Source: Haliotis cracherodii (Eukaryota). From it: a stretch of DNA of 64,000 bases. This document shows positions 35,759 to 49,607 of this stretch, piece by piece; position 1 is the stretch's first letter, and every line of letters starts with the position of its first letter. The notes under the pieces are model-generated. The model did no database searches, was not told the DNA's origin, and worked only from the letters and a program-made list of their open reading frames with translations. Position numbers and translations under genes: made by a program. The DNA lies in the NCBI RefSeq assembly GCF_022045235.1, contig NW_027266286.1:55242001-55306000 (forward strand), read 5' to 3'.

Positions 35759-38700
35759 ATGACCAGTGCCCAAAATGGAAACGACGGTTACGGTCCGCCA
35801 GGTGAAGATGGGGACTTCAGCACGGTGTCTAGTCCCTCAAAAGGACCAAGGAATGATGAAACGGACAGTACAGTACCAAAGGAAGTAGCCGATGGTCAGG
35901 ATGAAGGTCCAAGGTCAGATAGAGGTACTTCCAGCATCAATGAAGACAGCTGGATTCAGTTCAATGTGTCTGGCCACCAGTGTGCACACAGCGACGGAGA
36001 TACTGGCGAAATACAGCTACATTGTTCGAAACAGTATGTAATTCTTTATCATTATAGAAGGCAACAAATATAGCTGAATATTTAACTACTCAACTGAAAG
36101 ACTCAATCAAGTATCAGGATCGTGTATAATTCTTTTCTTTAAACTGTTTTTGGAGACAAGCGGTCTGAGGTGCCTCTTTTCGCAGTGCGGAGTTTCGTCC
36201 CTTGGACACGCCAAAGTGCATGTTTCTAGGTTTGACAGCACCATACCCGTGCTCGTGGTTTCACCAAAGTGGTAAACGTCTGAGGTCTGCATCACTTCGG
36301 GTTTCACATTAAGGTGACAGGCAGTGATATAAATGGATTACTGTTCAAAGCGGCGGTAACGACGTTTGTGGGTGTTCTGTCCAGAAACATACTGATGGCA
36401 TTTTGCGCGCTGTACGAGTGTTTTGTTTCATGTGAGACACACTAACCGAAGACACTATGTGGATCTGTATTTCAGGGTTGAGGATGCGAGACAGAGACCG
36501 CCTATCCAGAGTTCAGACAGCCTGGAGGAGACAAACTCCCATCATGAAGCCTGGAGTGGCATCTGCAGTCGGAGCTGGTCCTTGACATCAAGTCTTTCTA
36601 CAGAGAGCTCTGGCTTTCAGATGTGTAAGTGTAATAACCTTCTTGCATAAGGGTCGATATTATTATATATTGGTCGATGTCACTTTAATTAATATACGCA
36701 ATATATTCCCGCTGCAGGTGACGCATGTAAAGCTGCCGATGGGCTTTTTCTGTGCAGCAGCAGCAAGGCATTCTGGGACAGTATTGAAAGTTCATCGTGC
36801 TGTACGCGGGTAAAGATACTGAAATTTCAGCGTTGATATAAAAGTGTTTCTAACAAAGGATCATTAGTAGTATGGTCGTTACAAACCCATAAATATATGT
36901 GTCCCTGTACAGATGTGTTCGACCGCCTCCGCGGTCTATGGAAAGAGTAGGTGACAGGAGCGCCAGGAAAGGCCGGTGGTTCGATCAAACGGCGTTAAAA
37001 ATGCTATTTGCTGTTACCCTGCCTGGAGCTATGTACTAAGGGGATAAAAAAAGATCTGATCGGCTCGGAGACACGCGTACATGCATGTCTTTGTCTTTGT
37101 ATAAGTGCAATAATCTTGAACGTGATGGTCAACCCATTTCACCTCACTTCACCTGTGTTCACTGTTGCTGCAGGTGTGGAAAAACTTCCATGACAAACTG
37201 CTTGAGGTGTATCCCGATGACAATGCTATCAAGAAGGCGCGGGTGCTGAATCTGCTGAAGTCTGTTCTCCGTGTCAGTGGTAGGCCGAGTTTAAAGTCTA
37301 CAGTCATATTGAACGTTTAGTGAGTGTACATGGTTTCTTTACGACTGTATACATGTTACGATGAGCGTCGTTACCATATTAGGGGCGGCCGGGTAGCCTA
37401 GTGGTTAAAGCGTTCGCTCATCACGCCGAAGACCCGGGTTCGATTCCAAACATTGGTACAATGTGTGAAGCCCACTTCAGGTGTCCCCCGCCGTGATATT
37501 GGTGGAATATTGCTAAAAGCGGCGTAAAACCATACTCACTCACTCACTTTACCATTTTATAACATATATATGACGTAGAGAGAGAAAACTGGCGCAATAA
37601 TCTTTCAATGACGCCAAGTTGAACCCAATTTCACCTAATCTTTCCCTAAAGATGTGTTCGAAGTTTGCTTTCGCCACGATCTTTAATCAAGGGACTGTTC
37701 ATATTTCTAAACGATAAACAATGACTGATCATGGAGTCCTTGTTTTATAGTATGCCGTAATCATACGTTGATAAATGGTGGTCGAAGCTCGGATATACAC
37801 TTAACCTTAGAAATACGTTTCTTCTTGAACGTTGTATCTGTTATGTATTACGTTTAATTATATATCTGATTCAGAAAACAATTGTTGCTAACGATTGCGG
37901 ATTCAAATGTCATAGAAGCATACTGCGTCATCCAGTATACCATAACGTCATAGCATACCACAGTGACGTCATGTAAATTCTATAGCTGTTTGTTATTGGT
38001 CAGCAATATTCCAGCTATATGTTGGTTAGTGTGTAAAAAATCGAGTCTTGCCCCGGCAGTCTAGTGATTGACATCACGAGCATCGGACCACCAAATTGGC
38101 ATACACTGTCCAGAGTGATAGAAGAGGTGGAATCTGATTGGCTAATAGGAGAGACAGAGTGCATGAATGCGTGTGCTATTGCTATTGTCGGATAAAACCC
38201 GAGCTGCACGTCAGGTTGTAGATAAGATAGTAATTTGTGATTAATGATTATACTGAAAATTTCAGATGTGGACTAATAAGACAAAAGTATATATCAATAT
38301 TTTCCTTTTATTAAGGAACACTTACTTATTTATAATCCTAGAGTCTCTGGATACTGTAAACGTACAAAAGTTTCTTGATGTTCTGAGATTCTTCGGTCCT
38401 TTCAAGTCAGAGGAGAATCCCTCTACCTCGTCTGGGAAGCAATGCATCGTTCTCCAAGAGGTATATGTGAACTTGAAACTTTACCTTTCAACTCATCAAT
38501 TAAGACAAACTATTAGTCATACATTTCAAGACTTTCAATACATTATCATTAACAGAGTAAACCAAAAGCCATTAAAATAAGTCAGTTCATGTCATGGGAT
38601 AGTATACTACCATCTTCCCGAGGCAATGGAGTTAACTTACTATAAAAGGCCCAGTTTCCACCCTTGCCGAACTAGGCTGGAATTATGGAGCTAATTTTTG

Positions 38701-40882
38701 GCTGTACCAACATGTCAATGCTTAGTCCAATCAAAATCGCGTAACGAAATCGACATCCGGTTCGTAAACTGCCGTGTAGATTTTGGTCGATTGCAGGATT
38801 TGCAAAGCCTTCGAACGGTCAACTTGGCGTCAACAGATATTTCCAAATCTGTTCATGTTTTTAATAAAGATGCTTACGCGATTTGATGCACTTCGCGAGG
38901 TTAGACCTGTTGTATTACAATATAGATCTTGATTATTGGGTCAGATCGTCTTGACTAGGCGCCGCTATTTTGCTTGAAGCAAATGCAAGTGATATGAGAG
39001 GTGGCATCTTATTGGCCATTAGGAGGGACATAGAAGGGACGTAACTCGTAATAGCCACTGGTGGCGCTACGACCGAGCCCAGAAATCCAAGCCTAGTTCG
39101 GTAGGGGTGATACTGGACTTCAATAGTCAGTTAATTCCCTTGCCACGGGAAGATGGTATACTACTCACATGAAGTTAATGAACACTAAACAAGGCATGAC
39201 AATATGAGTAACATGAAAGAATCGGGCTCTTTAATTTTGTGTCAGTAGGATATATAAAACATTCTCTCTTTTTTTATTTGTGCACGCAGATATATTTACA
39301 GTCTTTGTTTAATTATCCAGGTTAAGTATGCATGTACATGATTTCTAATGTTGCAGATGGACAGACTGGTAGCTAACTCGTTTTGGAAGAATCCTAAAAG
39401 ATCAACGAAGAAATTGTGGTGAGAAGTAACATGCTTATAGATTCCAAATACCTACAAAAACATTATGTGAAACATCACAATATAATAAAACAACAGAGTA
39501 CAAAAAATATCAGGAGGTTAAGAGAAGAGAAACAAGTACACAATGTAGACTTATTCGTACTAATAAAACCATTTGATTGTAAGATGGAGACACAACCATA
39601 ATCATATACATGTATTATAAATGCAGCTGGTTCGCTGGAGAAATGTCACGAGATGAGGCAGAAAGAAAGTTGGATGGGAAAGTACCAGGAACATTCATGA
39701 TCAGGTACTTCAAAAACAGTATTTCTTCAAAGCAGCATTGTTAAACCTGTGGTAAATGTCTCGTGAGTGAGTGAGTGAGGTTGTACGCCGCTTTTAGCAA
39801 TATTCCAGCAATATCACGGCGGGGTACACAAGAAATGGGCTTCACACATTGTATCCATGTCGGGAATCGAACCCGGGTCTTCGGCGTGACGAACGAACGC
39901 TTTAACCACTAGGCTACCCGACCGCCCCTGTAAATGTCACGTACGAAAGGAAGCACCTAAATATTTGTCAAAACGAATTGCGCATTTAGTTACAGTTTAT
40001 TTGCAAATAGTTCAAATGACACAATATGGCCGACCATCAAATCGTTGATCGCCATGTTTCAGCAGATATTTACCTTTTATTTCACAGAATGAGCGCGACT
40101 CATAGGGAAGAAGGAAGTTTTGTGCTGTCACTGGTCATGGCTGATGAAACCATCGAACATTTCCTCATCGAGGTAAGACTGGATGGCGTGTTCATAACAT
40201 CCTCGTATGATATGCTCTAGTAGTTGAAGGTCGTTCTGACATGACCTACAATAGGATGTTCTATGGTCTTTGTATAGTGATAGCGAGCACTAGGATCTGA
40301 TTGTAATGCGATTGCACTACACGATCCTTTTCATCGCCTAATACGTTTTCGGTTTCGTTGATGAGGACCTTTATTCTTACACAGAAATCACGAAGGGTCT
40401 CTTCGACTGTTTGAATACGCCCAGAACGAAATTGTTACGAAAAAGTACCTGTATCGTTTTGTATTTAAATTCTGCAATGTCGATAAATATTACCTGTTTT
40501 CAGTTTTGCGATTGTTATTGTGTGTGCGCGCGAAAATTTTAACATTTGAAACCTCTAATTTACGCCATTTGTTCCAAAGAGACTTTCGGGGCATACAAGA
40601 CTCATTAACTCCCGCAAATCATGTTTATCACCGTATTGTAATCACACTGTATTTACACCGTTCATGTTTTTGCAGGGACATCCATCACAAGCAGTACAAT
40701 CCAATCCTTTCAGTCTGTGTTTGACGTTCCAAGGTCACACATTTTCTGGTTTACCAGATTTAGTGAACGAATACCTTGTACGTACAGATATATCGGATGG
40801 TGACCCCGACAATGGGACAAGGTGTCAGAGAGTGTGCTTGGACCTTCCGTACAACAAGATTCTGTCCAGTTACAAGAAATAA
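35759..40882 (+). CDS. Cbl-TKB-like EF-hand + SH2 domain protein, 390 aa. Exons: 35759-36033, 36476-36624, 36718-36809, 37174-37279, 38342-38460, 39357-39418, 39627-39704, 40088-40172, 40676-40882
   Basis: Nine GT-AG exons join with compatible phases (2,1,0,1,0,2,2,0) into 1173 nt with no internal stop. SH2 signature WFAGEMSRDEAERKLDGKVPGTFMIRMS...FVLSLV...HFLIE...FSGLPDLVNEY. The upstream AFWDS...VWKNFHDKLLEVYP...LLKSVL...KFLDVLRFFGPF resembles the Cbl EF-hand subdomain. Confidence 0.88.
37381..37548 (+). mobile_element. SINE family 1, full length, intronic
   Basis: ggggcggccgggtagcctagtggttaaagcg...ggttcgattcc...(actc)n, flanked by ttaccat repeats. Confidence 0.92.
38600..39164. mobile_element. 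MITE with ~85-bp terminal inverted repeats, in an intron of the SH2 gene
   Basis: tagtatactaccatcttcccgaggcaa...gccgaactaggc pairs with gcctagttcgg...ttgccacgggaagatggtatacta. A partial copy lies at ~31150-31362. Confidence 0.85.
39763..39928 (-). mobile_element. SINE family 1, full length, intronic
   Basis: Family-1 sequence flanked by gtaaatgtc repeats. Confidence 0.92.
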
Positions 40883-41984
40883 CTTAGTCAGACAGTATTA
40901 TCAGCGCATGATCCCTTTCAGATCTAAACACAGGAGCATGCCTGGTCGTGATACGTTTTCTACATGCATAGGCGTTACCTGACATGCATTACAATATGTA
41001 CATTTCACTGTATGTTATGCATAGATTAAGCAGCTCCTTGTAAATGGGGAAGAGATTGTTAATATTGAATTTCAAGCTGGAGACATGATATTTATTTTTT
41101 ATGCTGGACAGGCCTTTGGAATGCTCTTGAAATACAATTAACATTGGAGGTTGTGTACACTGTAGTTGGGCGCAATTTGGTAATGTGCCCCGAAGGGTAA
41201 TTCTTAAGGTAAATAATTCTTTGTGTACTGAAGCAACCCCTGTGTTTATATGACATGTTTGTAAGAACAAATGCAACTGGAAATAATACAATCAAGTGAA
41301 AATGAAGTCAAGGTCTTATTATACATGCATGAGACTTTCTGTTTTTAGGTTGTCTTGCATTGCACACGTGTTTTCCAAAACCGGGAGTAATGTCATTAAA
41401 CGGAAGTGCATGTTTTAGGGTCGCTAGAGGCAGAGAATTAGTTGTACTGCATTTGGTAGCATAAGGGTATCAAAGATGATAGTAGATAAATATTGTTGAG
41501 GTGGGCTGTCACCTGATTAGGTGAATTCCAAATGGTTCATGATACGTGGTACTCGTGGGAAGTTCAGGAAAAGGTGGGTTTAGGGATGCTTCGGAATTTG
41601 CATATGATACAAACACTTTTCTAATTACTTATTTTGTCTCACGTTTTTCATATTTCGTCGAAGTTGTATAGTTGATACACAACCAAATCGTGAAAAATGA
41701 GTATTCTTTATGATACCAATATAGATATTATTAATTATTACAGACGACATCCATTGCATGTATGCTGTCTAATTACTAATCTTTGATACATAAATTAACC
41801 TTCACAACCTCATCATGTCTTTTGTTGAAAACCAAGGTTGCCCCCACACATAATATACGTACGTGAAGCTCATATGGAAGGCATCGCTCATGTATTGAAC
41901 GCCCAGTACACTTTCATTAGCTGACACATATTATGATTCATAATACCAGCACTTTGTCTACAGCCTCATTGCACAAGTAAGTGT

Positions 41985-42516
41985 GCACGGGTGGCAAAGT
42001 ATTCTGAGGCGCCGCAATTATCTGTGAAGAGTTAAGTCCCTTGGGCCCGCACGGCTTATATCCCAATCCCGGTTCACCAAACCGGTAAACGTTTAAGACC
42101 TAAATCACCAGGCCCTTTCCTCTCACATTAAGCTGACATGCCGTGGTACAACTGGAATATTGTTAAAAGCAGCGATAAATCAAACTCACTCACTCAGTAT
42201 GACAGGGTAAACAGAATGCATAGAGATCCTATGGCTTGCCATACATTGTTGAGTGAGTGAGTGAGTTGGATTTAACGCCGCTTTTAATAGTATTCCAGTT
42301 ATATCGCGGCGTGTCAGCTGAATGTGGGAGGAAAGCCCGAAGTGATGCATGTCTCACACGTTTAGCACCTCGGTGAAACCCACAGGCACGGGTAAGGTGC
42401 TAACAAACCTAGAAACACAATCGGGGCGAACCCCGAATCATAGGTTTCTGGCCTCCCCAAGGGACGCAACTTTGCACAGCGAATCGCGGCGCCGAAGACG
42501 ACTGGGCCACCCGTGT
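41985..42516. mobile_element. Two SINE family 3 copies in tail-to-tail inverted orientation (41985-42196 +, 42250-42516 -)
   Basis: Mutually complementary bodies and (ACTC)n/(GAGT)n tails separated by ~55 bp. Confidence 0.8.
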
Positions 42517-44199
42517 CCCCACACTGTAAAGTGGTAAATAGACTTAGGGATGGCCTAAATGACGAATCGACATAAAATATTCCATCATTCTTCTTTCTGA
42601 CATATGGTGGTTAATTTTAAAGTGATGCATTTTATCAGTTTTTGTATCACATTTTTAACTGTGCCACCCAAATTTGAAGCAACGGTTGACCAACAAACAC
42701 GATACGCCTTGTGGAAGGGTGAGTGAGTGAGTGGCCATGATAAAGTGAACTAGTCCATGTAGTACATTGTTTGAGTAGTTCATTGCGAGTGTATTTGGTC
42801 TGTTGAGTCCCTTTGTAAAGTAGTCACAGCCAGTTGAACATGATAGGGGTCCAACTGGACACAGAAATGGAATAGAACGAGTAGCGAGCAGTCATCACTG
42901 TCACGGAGCTGTGCTCTAATGATGAAGTGTGTCATTAAACACGAATAAAGTAATAATGAAAAGGTGGTAATACGTTCACTGGTTTATTTATAACAGCTAA
43001 TTGTACTAATAGATGACAATAAAGGGTCAAATAAACCCAATCTGCGCTGACAAGGATAACTGATTAATTACATGGGAGCAAATACACAAGCGGCTTATAT
43101 TAGCTAAGCAAATGCATCACAGTAATAAAATGAAAGTAGCTAAAACAACACTTTGACAAGATACAGACAAGATGCATCGGCTGCGGCGGTTAACACCAGA
43201 GATAATTAAATCATCACTCGTATGGGTGAATAACTTCGGCTGGGTTAAATAACGTGAAATAAACACAGGGGACCAGTCTCTAACTTATGACACTTGGACT
43301 ATAAAATAGACGAGCACGTCTGAATATCAAACTAGTCTCATCGATTAAAGATTCAGTCACTTTGACTGAGCAATGAAATACTAAAATTCCCCAAACGCTA
43401 GACTATCACAGGAAGGTTGGTTATCCATGGATTACTGGATAAACTAAGTATTGGAAATCCTGTTTACTAAGTAGCTAGAAATACAACCAGAGTAACTCAG
43501 TCATAGATGAAACGTGTCCCGTAATCACTTACTAACCAATCGTGAATTTCGAAGACATCACCCAGTAACAAGACAATCGTAAACGATCTGACGCCGCCTT
43601 GGGGGCAAGACACTAGGTCGAGAAAAAGTAGATATATACAGCGCGCGGACCTCAGAGAGGACTGCCGGGGAATAGGATAGTCTGGGGCGGTTAGCCCAGG
43701 TGTGCTTCAAAACATAGGGAAAACAAGGATAGCAAACTAACTACGACATCCATAATGAAGATGTAAGTATCAAAATAACGTGCTGAACATAAGCTATTCA
43801 ACGGTATCACTAACGATTTACAACAAGCTATGTACAATTAATCAGAAGGCAAAAATGATCCTAAATACATGAGAAATATCAACCCCATTATTTTAGATAA
43901 AATGATGACACAAGAATAAAATAACTACTTTTTACCTTGTAAATGACATCGATAATTAAGATGTAAGTATCAAACGACAAAAATGTATTACTGTTTGACA
44001 GAGGATAACATGATGTTAAAGAACAATAAAAACGTAAAACATTCCAAACTTCTCCGACTCAAAACAACAGGACACTCCTCCAAACATAATGGAGTTTCCT
44101 GTGTGGCAACACATTGCAATACATTGTTTGATAGGCATTACTTAGAAGTTGGCGGATGACAAAGTAGATACAATTTATCGATAACACTTCTTTAATTAC

Positions 44200-44695
44200 T
44201 GTAAAGGCGACATTTCGGTATAGACCCTTATACCGTTGTCAAGCGTGAGTGAGTATTATTTTACGTCGCTTTTAGCAATATTACAGCAGGCAAGATTGAA
44301 TGAACATGGTACAGAATAATATACAGTAGGTAGAGGATTAACAGTAACACCTATTGCATACAAGAGGGATTAACATGAGGAGGCTAAGTAATGACAACAG
44401 AAGGGTAATACTGTAACAACATGATGGATAGAGAACACATGAGGTGGAAGCCAATAAGACAAAACGCCAATTATACAGGATAAGTATACATAGACGGAGT
44501 GGTTATTGCTTTTTGAGTTTATAGTAGGCGTATGGGATGAAATAGCCATGATCCATGTTGATTGATTGACAACATCTTAACAAACAGCACCCCCGAGAGG
44601 AGCTCACCATCGAAATAGAAAAGAACAGTCAACTACCCTTCCTAGATGTCCTCGTCTCCAGAACCCCAACTAAAAGAATCCCAACCAGTGTATTA
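44200..44695. mobile_element. Penelope-like element fragments
   Basis: ELTIEIEKNSQLPFLDVLVSR (44620-44665 +) matches the PLE RT motif. A hammerhead-like terminal motif lies at 44206-44243 (-). Confidence 0.6.
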
Positions 44696-45798
44696 AAGAA
44701 GGTGTGATCCATGAAATGTGGCTACTTTGTCAAGACATTAAAATGGCATGTCAAAAACACTATGATATACTGACTATTGGTTTACACACTGTATAATGAC
44801 TTTCGGATCTCATACAAGGTGAAGTTCAGCAATTATTAGGCTGATCATTCATCAGACAAAATGGCTTATTTCAGTGACGTGCATGCTGACCCTCCTTCTT
44901 TTATTTTTCATCTGAAGGGGCAATATGGTAATACAAACTAAGAATACGTTAGAACTCAAAATAATAGATAAGATAGTTCTGGCCAATGAAGAGATATATT
45001 ACCACGACCTCACTTAAGTTTATAACCTAAATAATTCATTCTCTCAGGGGGGATTTTCCATAGAGCTTCGTGTCTTTCTTTTAACAAAATCGGATGCAAT
45101 AAAGGGGGAACAACGATGACCAATATATGTTTGTAAAGTATTGGGTTTCAGTTTTGACCATCATTTCTACAGCACAATGTATGATAAGGCATGTTTTGGC
45201 CCACGGTTGTGCATTAGTTAAGAAAACATCATCTTTCTGTCACGGACATGGATCGGAATATGGTGAAAGAAATTGATTTGATTACATTTAGATCTGGTTC
45301 GACATTGTGATTTCAGTGGAAATATTTGGTAGATTGCACAAGAGAAGTCTATATTAACATGTAAAACTTTAAAACAAAACGACAAATTATTGTAATCATT
45401 TTCAAAAGATGCTTTTTTTACTCATTTTGATTCTATAAAGACTTTTGTAAATCCTTTCCTAAACGTGTTTCGGTATATTTTCATAAACAGTGAGAGAAGT
45501 GTAATATCAACGGTTATCATGGATGAAATATGCCTATATCAATAACAATTTACTTGCTTTTTAGTTAGGAACCTGTCCGAGTTGGAGTTACAGAGTTACC
45601 ATTATAAGCATCACAAATCACTTCTTACATTTCTTCACACATGTACACTATGTATAGGTCTTTTATTCGTACATTCTGCCGAAATGTACACTCAAAAGTG
45701 TTATTTTGAAAACATAGCTTCTAATGTCACTGTGACAGTTCACTGTCATCTTCATATTCAAAGAAATCATCATCATCAAAGAAGACAACCGTCCACAA

Positions 45799-48700
45799 TT
45801 AATTGTCTGTACTCATGTCAGAAAATCTTCCGATAAGTTCAATCAGTTCACGATCACTGGCACCAAGTTCATCAACATTGAAAAACCTCACGAGTTTCTC
45901 TGCAACAACCTGATGACCTCCACCACTAGCTGCATGTAAGCATGTACCTCCATAGTCATCCTTGCACAGGACATCAGCGCCACATGACAGCAAATGATCA
46001 ACAATATCTGTGTATCCACGGTAACAGGCTATCATTAATGGGGTGGCATTTTTCGGTCCACGCTTATTGATGTAAGATGGTTCATCACCTCCAACAGATG
46101 TAAGAAATTTCACAATGTTGTACCAACCATTGTTGCAGGCCACATATAGACAACCGCCGCCAAGATTGATATCTGCTCCCTTTTTTACTAGTTCCTCTAC
46201 AATGTCCATGTGCCCTTGTTGACAGGCAACCATGATTGGAGTCCAGCCATCTTTAGTGAGAGAATCGATGTTGTGATCAACGCCAAGACAAAGTTGAACC
46301 AAATGGAAAATACCAGATTTTGCTGCAACGTGCAGACTTGTTCTTCTTTTGTTGTCCACCATCTGTATGTCAGCGCCATTGTTCATCAAGAATGTTACCA
46401 TATCAGTATGACTGTTCTGAATAGCATACATTAAGGGTGTTTTCAATAGTGAATTTACACAATTCACAGTGGCTCCTGTTTGTAGAAGCCACTCAGCTGT
46501 TGGAACGTGCCCTTTCATTGCTGCCAAGTGTAGACATGAATTGTTCTCTTGATCGACGGCATCTAAAACAGCATGTCTACGTTTTAGTTCCTTTGCTGTT
46601 TCCAACTTCCCATGCCTGCAAGCACACATTAATGGCGTTCTTCTGAACTTACTACCAACATCTTCAATGTTCATTCCATGATCAAGAAGTATCTTTACAA
46701 TATTGGTTTCTCCCTTCATACATGCAAGATGTAGACATTTGTTTGTAACAGAGACAGAATCTGAGGTGTGTGCTCCATTCTCTAAGAGCAACTTCACGAT
46801 ATCTGAAGCGTAAATCAAAGGTGTTCTTCCATATTCACCACCTTGGTTCAAATCCATAGATTGTCTGAGCAGCAATTCAGCAACGTCAAGGCACCCTCCT
46901 CTGCACGTGAGATGAAGACAGTTGTCACTCTCTTCATCTAATAGTCCTGGAGCTGCTCCCCTGTCAAGTAGCATCTGGGCCAAATCAGCGTGTCCCCGAT
47001 AGCAAGCATGCATGAGAGCTGTCATACCATTTCCCCCAAGAACATCAATTGCAGTGTTGACAGGGTCAAGCAGTATACGCACACATTCTGTAAACCCATT
47101 GGCAGCAGCCACGTGGATTAACATATCTCTGTTGTCACCATATTCTCGAGGGCAGTCTTTGTCTGAGGGCACTGCAGGAGAGGCAATACTTTTTGCTGTA
47201 GAAAGAGATTGAAGATACGGTCTGGTTTTATCTTTGTTATGCAGGATATCCCCGACAGTTGTAGTGGCTATTTTGTCAAACCAAGAGGCAGATTGACCAA
47301 CGAGTTCTTTTAAGTAGCTCAAGTGCAAGTAGCTCAAGTGCCCATGCATGCAGCACCCAAGATAACATTCAAGGATGTCTGATTCACATAGCTGCATTCG
47401 TGGAATGTATTTGCAAAATGCACCTGTGTCCAAATATGATGACCAGAATAAGAATCCTCGATCCTTGTCACGTTGAAACGAAATATTATCTGCTGGAAAG
47501 TAGGAGAAGAGTTTGTCAACCAGGTCCTCAAAGGTAAAACATTGATGTGATAATGAGAGGGACAAATTACCATTAGTAATTTCTCTTCCAAGTCGTCTCA
47601 CAAGATTCTCCGTTAAATCATCTTCAATATTAATAAGGAACGTATTCATATGACCATCTTTTGAGATGCCTGTATTCTTGGTTTCTGAAATCCAAATTCT
47701 GTCAACTATGAACTTTAGACTGCAGTTCTCTAAGGCGACAACAGGGTGTAAATCAATCACAACGCATGCCACAACATCATGAATAGCTGGGTGACTAAAT
47801 TTTGCGCAATTGTTCTTTAATAGCACAATCAGTGTATCTTTTTCGTTTCTTGCAGATTTCCTGATTTCAGCAGGATTGTTAGCGTCTGGCATGATTTCCC
47901 CCATCTGTGATATCTTTTTGTCCAATCCGGAATCCCTTCGCCGTTGAGGATCTAAGAGATCATTTAAGTGTAGACCACCTTCATTGAGTATCATAAGCAG
48001 GAGAACTGCAGCCCTGTACCTTTCTTCATAGCGTGAAAAGATAACAGCTACTACATCATGCAAGTAGATCCACGGTTTCTTAAAAAAATCCAAGGCATTT
48101 CTTTCTAGAGAAGAATTCTTCACAAACAGTTGGCATATGTAAGGAAATCCCAGTGTCGTGTACTCCAGTCTTGCAACTGCTAACATTTCATCATGCGTTA
48201 GATGGAATTGCGATCCTTCCAAATGTTTTTTTAAAATCTGTTCTTTTTCAGTATCACCAAGAGGAGTAGATGTAGTCAGATTTATGACAGGTGACAGCAA
48301 TGAATTTTGGTATTTAATTACCATTTGAGAGACACTATTCCAGACGTTTGTCCGACTGGTCATAATGACCTTCAAAGGCATCACGTCCTTTTCCATTTCC
48401 AAAAGTTGGAAATGATGTTCTAAATATTCAAACATAGCGTCACAACTCTTCACAACATCGGCTGATGATGCAAAAGTACCAAACACATTATCACAAACCA
48501 GTAACGTTTGAGTGGGTGTGTTGTACTTAAAGTTCTCCCATTTATCTACACAAATCACGCGGTGTCCCTCTGCTCTGTATTTTCCTGAGATGTAGCGGGC
48601 CATTGTTGTTTTTCCTGATCCAGGCGAACCACAAATAAATACATGGTCCTTGGTTTGCAGGGCATTCCAGACTTCACGATAAGCCCCAGTTTCTATAAAT

Positions 48701-49549
48701 ATTGTCTCTGCGTATAGCTCCTCAGTTTCATCTGTGATTTAATAGAATGTATGTATTATTAATAAATTTCAGCCAGTAGCAAAGATGCTTCTACAATGGT
48801 ATTGAATTACCATTTTTATTAATGAGTGAGTCAGGTTTTACGCCGCTGTTAGCAATATTCAAGCAATATCACGGCGGGGGACACCACAAATGGACTTCAC
48901 ACATCGTACCCATGTCGGGAATCGAACCCGGGTCTTCGGCGTGACGAGCGAACGTTTTAACCACTAGGCTACCGGACCGCCCCTACCATTTTTATTACCT
49001 TCGAGGGCAAACATATCGGGGTTCATAAAAATCATAGGTGCTCTAGGGTCGCATCACGTCACCAGACAACGCTGTACTGTTTCCGTCATCTGGGCGGCAT
49101 TGTTGACATCATTCGAATATTATTATGACGTCAGATCGGAATGACGTTACTTTAGAAACGGCGTCATAGCTGAGGATTGTTGACGTCATTCGACAAATTG
49201 TGGTTTCGCTGCTGTTGCGACTTGCTGTTCTTGTAGGTACACACTACAATTCGTCTCTGTATCTAGACATCATCTTCGGTAATAAATAGAACATTATATT
49301 CGTGTTCAGGTCATACTATGTTTACGACACTCGTGCCTGAATTCCAGTATTGCTCTCGCTCGGAAATACCGTAATTTAGACACTAAACATAGTATGAAAT
49401 TAACACTCATATAATATCCTCTATATACATGTTTATAAATATATACCAGCTGACAAACATTCCTGTGCATCACTGACAATCATGGGTTATATTAAATATA
49501 CGCAAACAAAGGACGATCTTTCTACTGATTAATATATTGATGTCCATGA

Positions 49550-49607
<58 letters not shown>

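Noticed and set aside
37381-37455. tRNA genes
   Set aside because: The A/B-box heads continue into a shared SINE body, a simple-repeat tail and target-site duplications, so they are SINEs.
42899-43910. Possible solo LTR (TGTCA...TGACA)
   Set aside because: No matching target-site duplication or second copy in the window.
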